Shown piece by piece: positions 48,567 through 57,782 of a stretch of 64,000 nt of DNA. The position numbers and the translations under genes were made by a program. The stretch covers positions 1-64,000 of the IMG/VR virus record IMGVR_UViG_3300005253_000063. The stretch is one strand, 5' to 3'. This DNA is from a virus. Under the pieces are notes generated by a model. It saw only the letters and a list, made by a program, of their open reading frames with translations, was not told the DNA's origin and did not search any database. How positions within the stretch are numbered: position 1 is the stretch's first letter; each line of letters begins with the position of its first letter.

Positions 48567-49364
48567 GTGGCACACACGTTCGCGAACCTGAGCTACGAGG
48601 ACGCCGGCTTGGAGCCTGGCGATGCCGCCAGTTGGGTGCAGTCGCAGCTCGCAACCGCGGAGGAGCTTGCGGGCTACGGCCCGTCGAGCCTGAGCGTACG
48701 TCGGCGACCCGAGGAGGACTTCGAAGATGGCTGGCTCAGCAACGAGGACTTCGTGTTTGTCCTCGGTCTCGTGGATGACGCGTTCTACGATATCGCCATC
48801 TCACCGCAGCGGGGTGAAGACTACGAAGAGGGTTGGCTCAGCAACGAGAACTTCACGTTCGTCCACAGCGGACTCGACGTGGCGGTGTACGACTCGACTC
48901 CGCAAGACTTCGAAGACTTCGAAGAGGAGTGGCTCGGCAATGAGGCGTTCGAGTTCCAACTCGGCACGATTTTATCCGCCCCGTTCGGCGGCGTTGGCGG
49001 CTCCGAAGACTTCGAGCAGACATGGGACATCGACATCCGCATCTTCGCGTTCGCCGAGTTCTCTGGTTTGCTCACGTTTACAAAAACGTCCGACGAGATC
49101 GAACGGGCCTCCGGTAGTTGGATCACAGATGGCTTCGCCGACGTGCCGCAAATCGAGATTTTCAACTCGCTCTCGAATGACGGGATTCACGATCCGGTTA
49201 CCGTCGCCGCTCTGTCGATCATCACGGACGGCACCCCGGCTATCGTTGACGAAGTGCCAGCCCTGACCGTTCGGGTTCGCTCGTTCTCGGTTGCCCTGTA
49301 CGATGGCGGTGCGCTAACCGAAGAAAACTTCCAGGGGACCTGGACTCTGATGACGACCTTCTAG
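48567..49364 (+). CDS. Acidic structural protein with EDFEEGW repeats
   Basis: Repeated EDFEDGWLSNEDF / EDYEEGWLSNENF / EDFEEEWLGNEAF. Confidence 0.6.
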   Translation: MAHTFANLSYEDAGLEPGDAASWVQSQLATAEELAGYGPSSLSVRRRPEEDFEDGWLSNEDFVFVLGLVDDAFYDIAISPQRGEDYEEGWLSNENFTFVHSGLDVAVYDSTPQDFEDFEEEWLGNEAFEFQLGTILSAPFGGVGGSEDFEQTWDIDIRIFAFAEFSGLLTFTKTSDEIERASGSWITDGFADVPQIEIFNSLSNDGIHDPVTVAALSIITDGTPAIVDEVPALTVRVRSFSVALYDGGALTEENFQGTWTLMTTF

Positions 49365-49373
49365 GAGAGTTGA

Positions 49374-50093
49374 ATGGCCGAAGTTGATTTTACTGAACTT
49401 GCTAACAGCCTCGCGACCGGGCAGCTCGACCGAGGCGCGACGGCAGGCATCGATCGACCCCCCGGGGGCGGGTCGTTCGTCTTCGGGTTCAACTCGCTGG
49501 CCGTCGTCGACGGCGCGGCCGGGTTGTTCACGAACCAGACGAACTTCGCTCCGATGTCGAAGGGCGGTCGCATCCAGGGCGCGATCAAGCGACACCCGTC
49601 GGCTGGCGCGACCGGATTCGCTCCATTTCTGTTCATCGGCTTGCAAGGCCCCGACGTTTCCGATCTGGGCTACCTGCTCGGGCTCGGCGATGCCGACCCG
49701 CATCACATCGTGTTGCGCAAAGGGGCCATCAACGAGGGGCTCCCCGAGTCACTCGGCGTCGAAGGTGTGCTCGCCATCGGCACCGAGCCCTTCAACAACG
49801 ACACGTGGCTACACCTCCGACTCGACATGGTGGTGAACCTCAACGGCGACGTCGTGCTCAATGTGTTCCGCAACGATCTGGACGTCAATCCGGTCGGCGC
49901 TCCGATCTTCGCTCCGGTACCCGGCATGGACGATCTGAACCCGGGCTCCGGTCGCGCCTTCCTCGACGACGCGCTCGGCATCAACTCGGGCTCGCAACCG
50001 TTCGAGAACGGGCGCGTCGGGTTTGCCTTCCGCGTCGAGGATACTGCGCGGCGCGGCGCGTTTGATTCTATCGAGATCGCGAGACAATTATAG
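49374..50093 (+). CDS. Structural hypothetical protein
   Basis: SD AGGAG; in tail region. Confidence 0.65.
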   Translation: MAEVDFTELANSLATGQLDRGATAGIDRPPGGGSFVFGFNSLAVVDGAAGLFTNQTNFAPMSKGGRIQGAIKRHPSAGATGFAPFLFIGLQGPDVSDLGYLLGLGDADPHHIVLRKGAINEGLPESLGVEGVLAIGTEPFNNDTWLHLRLDMVVNLNGDVVLNVFRNDLDVNPVGAPIFAPVPGMDDLNPGSGRAFLDDALGINSGSQPFENGRVGFAFRVEDTARRGAFDSIEIARQL

Positions 50094-50112
50094 TTGTCTA
50101 GCAATCTCTTTT
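50073..50112 (+). terminator. Hairpin plus T-tract upstream of the HNH gene
   Basis: GAGATCGCGAGACAAT-TATA-GTTGTCTAGCAATCTC-TTTT. Confidence 0.5.
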
Positions 50113-50129
50113 CGTGTTAGGAAAGCGGC

Positions 50130-50780
50130 ATGAACAAAGCGCGATCGAAAGCGAGAACCAAAGAATGGGAGGATCCCGAGATCCGCAAGCGTCGTGTCGA
50201 AGGCGTTCGCAAGGCCGCATTTCGACGTTACGAAGATCAGGGCGAACGAAACAAGGCCTCGGCTCGCACGAAAGCTCTCTTCGATGATCCTGCTTACCGA
50301 GAGAAACACCGACGCGCGATGCAGAAACTTGGCAAACAGAACCGAGGCAAGCCTCGGAGCGCAAAGGGTCTTAGCAGATCGCCCGAGTACAAAATCTGGT
50401 CCGGCATGATCGAACGCTGCCACAACCCGAAGACGGTGCCCTATAAGAACTATGGTGGTCGAGGCATCCACGTCTGTGACGAGTGGCGGGGCCGTGGCGG
50501 GTTCGTGCGGTTCATCGAGCACGTCGGTCGACGGCCTTCCTCTGAACTCACGATCGGTCGTATCGATAATGATGGCCACTACGAGCCTGGCAATGTTCGT
50601 TGGGAGACGCGTGTCGAGCAGATGGCGAACCGTCGAATAACACGGCATGTAACGATCCGCGGAGAAACTATGACCTTGACTGCCTGGGCTCGTCATATCG
50701 GTATCGCGGTGCCGACATTGTCTCGCCGTTTACGCCTTGGCTGGTCAGACGATAAATTGCTTCAACCAGGAAGACACTGA
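50130..50780 (+). CDS. HNH-type homing endonuclease
   Basis: YKIWSGMIERC...YGGRGIHVCDEW...TIGRIDNDGHYEPGNVRW. Confidence 0.85.
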   Translation: MNKARSKARTKEWEDPEIRKRRVEGVRKAAFRRYEDQGERNKASARTKALFDDPAYREKHRRAMQKLGKQNRGKPRSAKGLSRSPEYKIWSGMIERCHNPKTVPYKNYGGRGIHVCDEWRGRGGFVRFIEHVGRRPSSELTIGRIDNDGHYEPGNVRWETRVEQMANRRITRHVTIRGETMTLTAWARHIGIAVPTLSRRLRLGWSDDKLLQPGRH

Positions 50781-50783
50781 CCG

Positions 50784-51866
50784 ATGGCAACCCCGATCAT
50801 ACAGCTCGACGGTTCAGTTTCCGGGGTAGGGACGCCGGGGGATTCGCGCGACAACTTCATCGTGCCCGAGACCATCAGGATCACCGACACGGCGAATCCC
50901 GCGCCGAGCACGTTTTCTGTCGTGCTGCGCGCTCGGCCGCCCGGCTCGTCTGCGGCTATCTCGCTCGGACCGGGCGCGAACGAGGCGGGATTCCCGATGG
51001 ACGTCCTCGGCACCTATCTCGTCGAGGTTATCGCTGACGGCGCGAGCAGCGGGGTCCTTGCTGTGCTCGGCGGACAGGACTTCTTCTTCTCGACGCAGGG
51101 CGGCGCGGCCTCGAAGCTACTGAACGGCAAGCGCCCGCCTGCAGCTGGCGAAACGATTCAGTATGGTTCAGACGGTTGGGCCGTTGCGCTGAACGAGATC
51201 GTTGCCGCCGCTCTGAGCAGTAGCCAATTCGATGCCATCAACAACGCGAGTCCCGCGCCGTCGGCGGCCAACCCATTCGTCACCGAGGGCAACGCCGAGC
51301 TGGTCCCGGTTGCGACACAGGCGCTCATTCCGACTACGGATCAGAAGACCGATCTGGGTACGCTTGACGGCGCAGCACACGGTACCGTGTTCCACTCCGA
51401 TGCTGCCGGTCGTGTTGCCGCACTCGCGCCGGGTAACGTCGGACAGGTTCTCGAAACGCAGGCGGCGGCGGACCCCGTATTCGCCGACGCCAAGCAGAAG
51501 GTTGCCGCAGAGATTATAGCGGTCGGCACAACGAACCACGCTGGCGCAACGGATACACTCGTCGCCCTGATGACGTCGACGCCTGGGGCCGGTGACTATG
51601 AGGTCGAGTTCGGCGCGAGCGCCGATCTCGATACCGTCAACATTTCGATGTTTTATTCCATCTACGTCAACGGTGTGCAGATCGCTCATAGCGAACGCGA
51701 GTTCCGGCGTGGAGGTTCGGCCGGCGATGTAGCTGGCGCGCTGCACACGAAGGCCGACGCGATTGGAGTGGGAGACGGTCAAGCAATCGAGATCCGCGCT
51801 CGTCTTTCCGCAGGCAGTGCCGACATTTTCCAGCGCTCCCTGAGCATCAAGAAAGTGGTGCCGTAA
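50784..51866 (+). CDS. Tail fiber/appendage-like protein
   Basis: Gly/Ala-rich beta-type composition; position. Confidence 0.5.
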   Translation: MATPIIQLDGSVSGVGTPGDSRDNFIVPETIRITDTANPAPSTFSVVLRARPPGSSAAISLGPGANEAGFPMDVLGTYLVEVIADGASSGVLAVLGGQDFFFSTQGGAASKLLNGKRPPAAGETIQYGSDGWAVALNEIVAAALSSSQFDAINNASPAPSAANPFVTEGNAELVPVATQALIPTTDQKTDLGTLDGAAHGTVFHSDAAGRVAALAPGNVGQVLETQAAADPVFADAKQKVAAEIIAVGTTNHAGATDTLVALMTSTPGAGDYEVEFGASADLDTVNISMFYSIYVNGVQIAHSEREFRRGGSAGDVAGALHTKADAIGVGDGQAIEIRARLSAGSADIFQRSLSIKKVVP

Positions 51867-52507
51867 TGGCGAAGTACACTCGTTCAAAGTCTACGGACTT
51901 TACGTCGTCTGCCGGCGCGATCACTCATAGTGCGCTGCGAGACGAGGTTGGCGCCGCGATTCCGGCCAAGACGCTCATGACGATCACCGAGTTGGAGGAC
52001 GGGGATCTCGTCGAGTTCGACTTCGGCTCTGACACGCTGACCGGTGGAGAGCAGACGACGCTCACGACGGTTTGCAACGACCACACTGCGCCGATGCACG
52101 AATTGATCTTGCGAACTGCGCCGGCCTCGGGTCTTGAGACTGCCGTCGTTACGGATGGTTCGTGGACCGTTCTCCACTACCAAGTCGTCGACCCGAAAAC
52201 ATTGCACGATGACTTGACCAAAATCTTTATGCGGTTCGTTGCCGCTGTGAAAGTAAACGACGGTGCCGCAAGCGAGCTTCCCAAATTTCGGATCGTCGAA
52301 CGCAAAGTATCCGACGATGTTGAAGTGGTCCTGATGACCGCAGTACATCAGCCAGCCGATACCGCCACAGCATTCCGGGCAATGCAATTCGACAGTGACG
52401 TGGACCCCCGCGCCGGCCTGATGGAATACCGCGTTGAGGCTGACCGGAACAGTGCAACAGAATGCGTTGTTCGGGGGGCTGGCTTCATGCTTTGTGCGAA
52501 CGTGTAG
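51866..52507 (+). CDS. Hypothetical tail-associated protein
   Basis: TAATG coupling. Confidence 0.55.
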   Translation: MAKYTRSKSTDFTSSAGAITHSALRDEVGAAIPAKTLMTITELEDGDLVEFDFGSDTLTGGEQTTLTTVCNDHTAPMHELILRTAPASGLETAVVTDGSWTVLHYQVVDPKTLHDDLTKIFMRFVAAVKVNDGAASELPKFRIVERKVSDDVEVVLMTAVHQPADTATAFRAMQFDSDVDPRAGLMEYRVEADRNSATECVVRGAGFMLCANV

Positions 52508-52513
52508 AACTCA

Positions 52514-52960
52514 ATGTTCGGAACGGGCGGATACGGACACGCGGGATACGGCGGCGGAGGCGTCCCGGCTCCGGGTCTCAACGCGTGGACGCGTGAGCTA
52601 GGCGCAACGCAAGGTCGACTGATACCCGTCAACGCCGACGCGGTCGACGGTGACTGGGTTTTCGTCTTGGGCCGTGATCTTGCCGGACTCGAACAGGATC
52701 TGAACATCGGCGACTTCGTGCAAGTCGAGCAAACCGCGGACTTCGATACCACTGAAATCGTCTCAGTGGCGCTTCGGATGCGCAGCTCTGCTAGCCTTCC
52801 CAGCCCGCGCAAGTGGAAGGTTCAGCTACTGATCGACGGCGGTGAGCGGGTGGCGCGCACCCTTCGCGATTCGGAAGACGTAGATCAGAAACTCGCCGCG
52901 AACGTTTCACAGCTTGCACCCGGAGATCATACGCTGGCGATCCGGTTGGGGCTTATCTAA
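52514..52960 (+). CDS. Hypothetical structural protein
   Basis: ORF in tail operon. Confidence 0.6.
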   Translation: MFGTGGYGHAGYGGGGVPAPGLNAWTRELGATQGRLIPVNADAVDGDWVFVLGRDLAGLEQDLNIGDFVQVEQTADFDTTEIVSVALRMRSSASLPSPRKWKVQLLIDGGERVARTLRDSEDVDQKLAANVSQLAPGDHTLAIRLGLI

Positions 52961-53679
52961 TGACGATGGTCGAACTCCCAGCCGTCTACATCGACGACGT
53001 GCAGATGCTAGAGCCTGGTGGGCTCGCGCTGCTGAATCGCGATCCAGACGACGGACAAGTCCGAGTTCCCGAAGACCTGAACATCGTGGTCGATATCGCT
53101 GACTTGACTGGTATCGGGATCGACACGTCGGCGACACAGGTCTTCGTCGCAGGCATACTCGCGTTCGATGGTGGCGTCTTTCAGCCGGGCTTCGCGGGCT
53201 CGACGTCGAGTCCCGACTCCGACACGTTGCGCATCGACATCAACCCGGCCTCCGACTTCGCGAGTGAGCAGGCTGTTACCGTGCGCGTGGTCAGTGAGAC
53301 GACCGGTGGCGCGAACACGATCGACGAAACCTATTCGTTCACCATTATCGATCTGATCCCGCCCGCATTTGCGAGCGCGGTTCCCCAGAGCCTTCGCGTC
53401 GTGCGATTCACGTTCGACGATCCGGTCAAGCAAACCGATCCAAATGACTTGCTCGACGCACTCAATCACGATGCCTATCTCTTCACGCCGCTGACCTTTC
53501 CTGCCGTGACGCCGGTCGGTGTAAGCGTGGTCTCCGTTGACGAGCGGACGGTCGACGTCACAGTCAGCATCGATCTATCGCCGGGCCAGACCTATCAGGT
53601 TCGAGCCCCGAACTTCACCGATCCAACGGCGCAACCGCCTCCGCCGATTTTCATTCCGCCTGAAGAGGGGGGTGGCTAG
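52960..53679 (+). CDS. Ig-like-domain tail/baseplate protein
   Basis: Beta-rich; coupled to tail protein I. Confidence 0.55.
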   Translation: MTMVELPAVYIDDVQMLEPGGLALLNRDPDDGQVRVPEDLNIVVDIADLTGIGIDTSATQVFVAGILAFDGGVFQPGFAGSTSSPDSDTLRIDINPASDFASEQAVTVRVVSETTGGANTIDETYSFTIIDLIPPAFASAVPQSLRVVRFTFDDPVKQTDPNDLLDALNHDAYLFTPLTFPAVTPVGVSVVSVDERTVDVTVSIDLSPGQTYQVRAPNFTDPTAQPPPPIFIPPEEGGG

Positions 53680-54335
53680 TGGCTACGACGATCACTTTCG
53701 TGGCGTTCGTGCCCCCGGCGCCAGCGGACCGGCAGTTCGATCTCATCCGGCTGCTGCCGCTGCTCAACCGCGAGGAGGATGCAACCGAAGACCTCCTGAA
53801 GTTCATCACGTGCTTGCAGGAGATTGTAGACCTCCTGCTGTTCGATGCGGACCGCTGGGTAGATATCCTCGACCCCGACGTTGCTGGCGAGCCCTTCCTC
53901 GATGCGATGCTCGCGGACCTGGGCAACCCGTTCGAGTTCGACCTGAGCGAGATCGACAAGCGGCGGCTCATCTCGGTGCTCGTCGCGATGTACAAGCAGA
54001 AGGGTACTGTGCCCGGCATCATCAACACGATCCGGTTCTTCCTCGGATTCGATGTCACGGTCGTGCCATTTAACACGACGAGCTGGATCCTGGGCGAGGA
54101 CACGCTGGGTGATGACACGATTCTCGGGCCCAGCGCCCAGTTTAACCTCTACGCCTTCAACCTCGTGGCACCCATTGCGCTGACTGTTGAGCAGCGGAAG
54201 CGGATAAGATCGCTGGTAGAGCTGATGAAGGTTGCGCACGAGCACTTCGTCGACCTCATTGAACCAGACACAACCGTCTTCGATCATGTAGAGTTGGGCG
54301 AGTCGGAACTCGGGGACACCTTCTTGCTGCACTAA
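53679..54335 (+). CDS. Phage tail protein I (P2 gpI-like)
   Basis: DPDVAGEPFLDAMLADLG...MYKQKGTVPGI...FLG. Confidence 0.8.
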   Translation: MATTITFVAFVPPAPADRQFDLIRLLPLLNREEDATEDLLKFITCLQEIVDLLLFDADRWVDILDPDVAGEPFLDAMLADLGNPFEFDLSEIDKRRLISVLVAMYKQKGTVPGIINTIRFFLGFDVTVVPFNTTSWILGEDTLGDDTILGPSAQFNLYAFNLVAPIALTVEQRKRIRSLVELMKVAHEHFVDLIEPDTTVFDHVELGESELGDTFLLH

Positions 54336-55249
54336 TGCGACTTATTCCGCATAGCTCGTTTTGTGGCGCCGCCCGACTTACGCGCGCATGCCGTAGAGCA
54401 ATTTTTCTGATTAGAATTCTGAGGTTGAAAATCAGTACGGCACCACGCACACAGTCGCGACCCGATACTGCGCCTCAATGTAAATTTGCAGGAATTCGAG
54501 CAGCAGGGGATTGCAATTCTCCGCTTTGCCTGGGAAAGCGGCATGGAGAAGACTTTTTCACAGACCGGGCATGTAAACGTAGGTCGTCGGCTACGTTTCT
54601 TCGCCGCGGTTGCGGCATTGCCGCATGCTTGCGAACACCGCAGCGTCTTGGAATGGATCGGCGTGAAGGTTGCGCCGCACTCGATGCAGGCTCGCTCCTT
54701 CGGCGCACGAGCCGCTCTATAGCAGGTCGCGGAACAGTGTTTGCGTTCCTTGCTTTGCTGGTGTTCAAACTTTTCCCCGCAATGCGCGCAGACAGTCTTC
54801 GTTCGCTTACGTTTGTGAGCGTGCCTGTGACACGTAGCGCACAGCAGCTCAATATTGTCGATCGCGAACAGGAGAGTGATATCCTTGGTTGGCCAAGGAT
54901 CAACACGATGGTGTCCTACAAGACCGTCGGCGTGACCACATCGCTCACAGGTTTTGTCAACTTTCAAACGCCGTGCGAAGCCGATCCAACCATGCCGGTT
55001 GTACCAGGCCATACGAGTCCTAGCTGGCTCGTCACCGCGTCTGCTGATGCCAAAACATCCTTGAGAGCAAAACTTCCCGTACCCATCCGCTACCTGCCTT
55101 GCACTAGCCGTGAAGGCTTTGCCGCAGACGAGACATACCTTCTTGACTGTCTTCCGCTTCGACTCGGCGTAGCAAGACCTCGAACAGAATTTTGCTGCTC
55201 GTTGGGAGCGCTTGAATGTCGATCCGCATTGTTTGCACACCGTTTCCAT
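54332..55249 (-). CDS. HNH endonuclease with multiple zinc-finger repeats, antisense insertion
   Basis: CERCG...HHRVD...NIELLCATCHRHAH; six or seven CxxC...CSxxC repeats; visibly AT-richer. Confidence 0.8.
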   Translation of the reverse strand: METVCKQCGSTFKRSQRAAKFCSRSCYAESKRKTVKKVCLVCGKAFTASARQVADGYGKFCSQGCFGISRRGDEPARTRMAWYNRHGWIGFARRLKVDKTCERCGHADGLVGHHRVDPWPTKDITLLFAIDNIELLCATCHRHAHKRKRTKTVCAHCGEKFEHQQSKERKHCSATCYRAARAPKERACIECGATFTPIHSKTLRCSQACGNAATAAKKRSRRPTFTCPVCEKVFSMPLSQAKRRIAIPCCSNSCKFTLRRSIGSRLCAWCRTDFQPQNSNQKNCSTACARKSGGATKRAMRNKSH

Positions 55250-55292
55250 GACGGACAACGTGTAGCACGTTTTCGTCAAAAAGGCTAGCCAC

Positions 55293-56450
55293 ATGTCCGA
55301 CCGTCTCGATTACTTTTTTAGGCAACTGCTGACCGAGCAAGAATTAGATTCTGGTTTCGATAAGACCGAGGCCGCTGAGCAGAAGCTGATGACCGATCAG
55401 CTCTTGACCGGCATTTTCATTGGCGGCGAAGTGGCCGAGCACTTCCCGACGCCTGATCTGACGGTTGACATCGCCGGCCCGTTGAACGCCTACGACCAGC
55501 TCGGCCGCCGCATCTTTTTCTCACCGCTTCAAGTCCTCGACATGTCCGTCGACGAGCTTGCGGTTTCGACCGCGGTCGACACGCCGGGCAACGAGAAGAT
55601 CCTCACCATCTTCGTGGAGTTCGATCGGCTCCTCTCCGACCCACGTCTCGACGGCAACAATCTCACTGTTTTCTTTCAGCGTGTCGAGAGTTTCAAACTG
55701 AACGTGGTGCAATCGGCCGAGGCCGCGATCGGCCTGGCCGTTCCACCTGCGCCTCGCGCCGACCAGCTCATTCTGGCTGACGTTACGATCGTCAACGCGC
55801 AGGTAGCGATCCTCGATGCCGACATCGATGCCTCGCGCCGCGCCGACGTCTTCAAGCTGACTGGAGCACCGAACTCGATTACAGCAGGACGGGTCAAGCA
55901 AGTTCTGCAGGACATGCTCGACATCCTCAACGGCGGTATCGGCGGGGTAGACGTCATCGAGGGTGGCGATACCGTCATCGACTTCTCGACGCTCCAGAGT
56001 GCCATTCAGGACCTGGCGGAACAGAAGCACGTCGGCATCAACTACGTCTTCGGACTCACTGACATCAATCCGCGGTTGACGGATTGGGTGTACAGCGACG
56101 CACTGTTCGGATGGCGCTCCACCGTCATCGGTGCGAAAGCCGACGGCTGGTGGAAGATGCAGGATAAGCACAAGATTTTGGAGGTCGATGCCTTTGTTAG
56201 TGATGGCGCCCCGGACAGCATCGTCAGTGCTCGGTTGAACGTCCTGAGCATGACGACTCCGGTGGCGCTCATATCCAAGGACTTCCAAATATCGAACGGA
56301 TCCGGTTTGCCGCAGATCATGAGCTTCACGTTCACCCCATTCACGCTCGGGGTGAACGAGATCCTCTTTATCGAGTTCGAAAACACGGATGCCGGAGTCC
56401 TCGCCCGTATCCTTCGGGGGGGCCGCGTCAAGGCTCGTCGCATCCTGTAG
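55293..56450 (+). CDS. Tail fiber proximal / baseplate-anchored protein
   Basis: RLDYFFRQLLTEQEL...AYDQLGRRI; follows tail protein I. Confidence 0.6.
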   Translation: MSDRLDYFFRQLLTEQELDSGFDKTEAAEQKLMTDQLLTGIFIGGEVAEHFPTPDLTVDIAGPLNAYDQLGRRIFFSPLQVLDMSVDELAVSTAVDTPGNEKILTIFVEFDRLLSDPRLDGNNLTVFFQRVESFKLNVVQSAEAAIGLAVPPAPRADQLILADVTIVNAQVAILDADIDASRRADVFKLTGAPNSITAGRVKQVLQDMLDILNGGIGGVDVIEGGDTVIDFSTLQSAIQDLAEQKHVGINYVFGLTDINPRLTDWVYSDALFGWRSTVIGAKADGWWKMQDKHKILEVDAFVSDGAPDSIVSARLNVLSMTTPVALISKDFQISNGSGLPQIMSFTFTPFTLGVNEILFIEFENTDAGVLARILRGGRVKARRIL

Positions 56451-56453
56451 TTC

Positions 56454-57005
56454 ATGCCGACAACGAACAACGGACAGAAGCCTGACCCGCAGCCGCGCGC
56501 GGACACTGACAAGCTCGTCGGTGACGTGCTCGCGGCTGGACAGGACCTCAGCCTTGCGAACGGCAACGACCCCGAGACGGTGTTTCGCAAGACGCTCACG
56601 GCGTTCATCCAGGAGGCTCGCAACGGGGGCAACGGCAACGGCGGCCCGCCATCGAAGGGGCTTAGGCATCCGGTGACCGCTGCCCTCATCAAGTACGTGG
56701 TCACCGCGCTGTTCGCGCTCGGCGCTGCGTACGGTGGAATCAAGCTCGCGGTGAAGAGCAACTCCGACGACATCAAAGCGGTCGATACGAAGTTCGAGGT
56801 CCACGCAGATAAGTCTGCGCACCCTGGCGCGGCAACGAGGGTTGAGGTTAAGAAGGTCGAGGACAAGGTGCAGGCGCTTGACAAGAGCGTTGGCGAACTC
56901 GGCGTCCAGATTGATCAGCAGGAGTTACGGCAAAAGGAACGCCACGATGACATCAAGGGCGAACTGAAGTATCTTCGTCGACGGCGTAACCGGAGGGAGG
57001 ACTAA
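56454..57005 (+). CDS. Membrane protein with one TM and a coiled coil
   Basis: YVVTALFALGAAYGGI. Confidence 0.6.
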   Translation: MPTTNNGQKPDPQPRADTDKLVGDVLAAGQDLSLANGNDPETVFRKTLTAFIQEARNGGNGNGGPPSKGLRHPVTAALIKYVVTALFALGAAYGGIKLAVKSNSDDIKAVDTKFEVHADKSAHPGAATRVEVKKVEDKVQALDKSVGELGVQIDQQELRQKERHDDIKGELKYLRRRRNRRED

Positions 57006-57011
57006 GAGACG

Positions 57012-57299
57012 ATGGCACGATTCGAGAAAGTCGCGTTGGCGAACGGGGCGCCTGGCACTGCGTCAAACGTCGAGAAGCTTCGCGACAAGTTCGTCCAAGC
57101 CGAGGGAGGCTTCGGCGGTTCACTTGACGTTCAGGGTTCGGTTGACGGGACGAACTTCCGGGTGGTGCTGGCCGCGGTCGCTGCGGGGAGCATCACCGCG
57201 CTACCAGAAACGTTGAAGGAAGTCCGTCTCGACACAACGAACGCGACCGGTGGGCCTGCCGAGGTCGTGCTTGGTGGGTTCAACGAGCGCGTCTCGTAG
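57012..57299 (+). CDS. Hypothetical structural protein
   Basis: LDVQGSVDGTNF. Confidence 0.6.
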   Translation: MARFEKVALANGAPGTASNVEKLRDKFVQAEGGFGGSLDVQGSVDGTNFRVVLAAVAAGSITALPETLKEVRLDTTNATGGPAEVVLGGFNERVS

Positions 57300-57319
57300 G
57301 CGCCGCAGGAGTGTAACGG

Positions 57320-57781
57320 ATGGCCAAGATCGCAGAGGGTTTGAAAGGCATCAACTTGTGTGGGCCCGGCTGCGTGTGGGCCGGTTCGCGTACTGATACG
57401 CAAGCGACCTGGAACGAATGCACGGACGGCAGTTGGCTGCTCGGGCTCTGTTACGCGCTCGCCGTCGATGCCGCGCTCATCGTCTCTGCCGCGCGAGCTT
57501 GTGCTGCGCTCGCGTTGCCGACGCTCGCGGAGCGGAGGGCGTCCCGCCTGCAGCTTGGCATCGACAAGATCGATTCGTGGGAAGGACAGCCGACCAGTTC
57601 TCAAGTGAAGCAGGCGATCGCCGTCGCGCTTGGGGCTGCCCGCCTCGGGCTTTTCCCGCCCAAGATAGACGCGCGCCTCCTTCAGCGATACGCGGTCGCC
57701 ATCCGCGCAACGATTCCATGGTCGGCGGTGGATGCTCGGTTTGCCGAAGATAGGCAGGGCAACCTGACCCCGGTGGCTTGA
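57320..57781 (+). CDS. Hypothetical protein
   Basis: SD AGGAG. Confidence 0.55.
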   Translation: MAKIAEGLKGINLCGPGCVWAGSRTDTQATWNECTDGSWLLGLCYALAVDAALIVSAARACAALALPTLAERRASRLQLGIDKIDSWEGQPTSSQVKQAIAVALGAARLGLFPPKIDARLLQRYAVAIRATIPWSAVDARFAEDRQGNLTPVA

Positions 57782-57782
57782 C

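Noticed and set aside
4941-56822. Long antisense ORFs (e.g. 4941-6149, 21741-23087, 31582-32559, 47070-48296, 55521-56822)
   Set aside because: Shadow frames of genuine genes in high-GC DNA with no recognisable motifs
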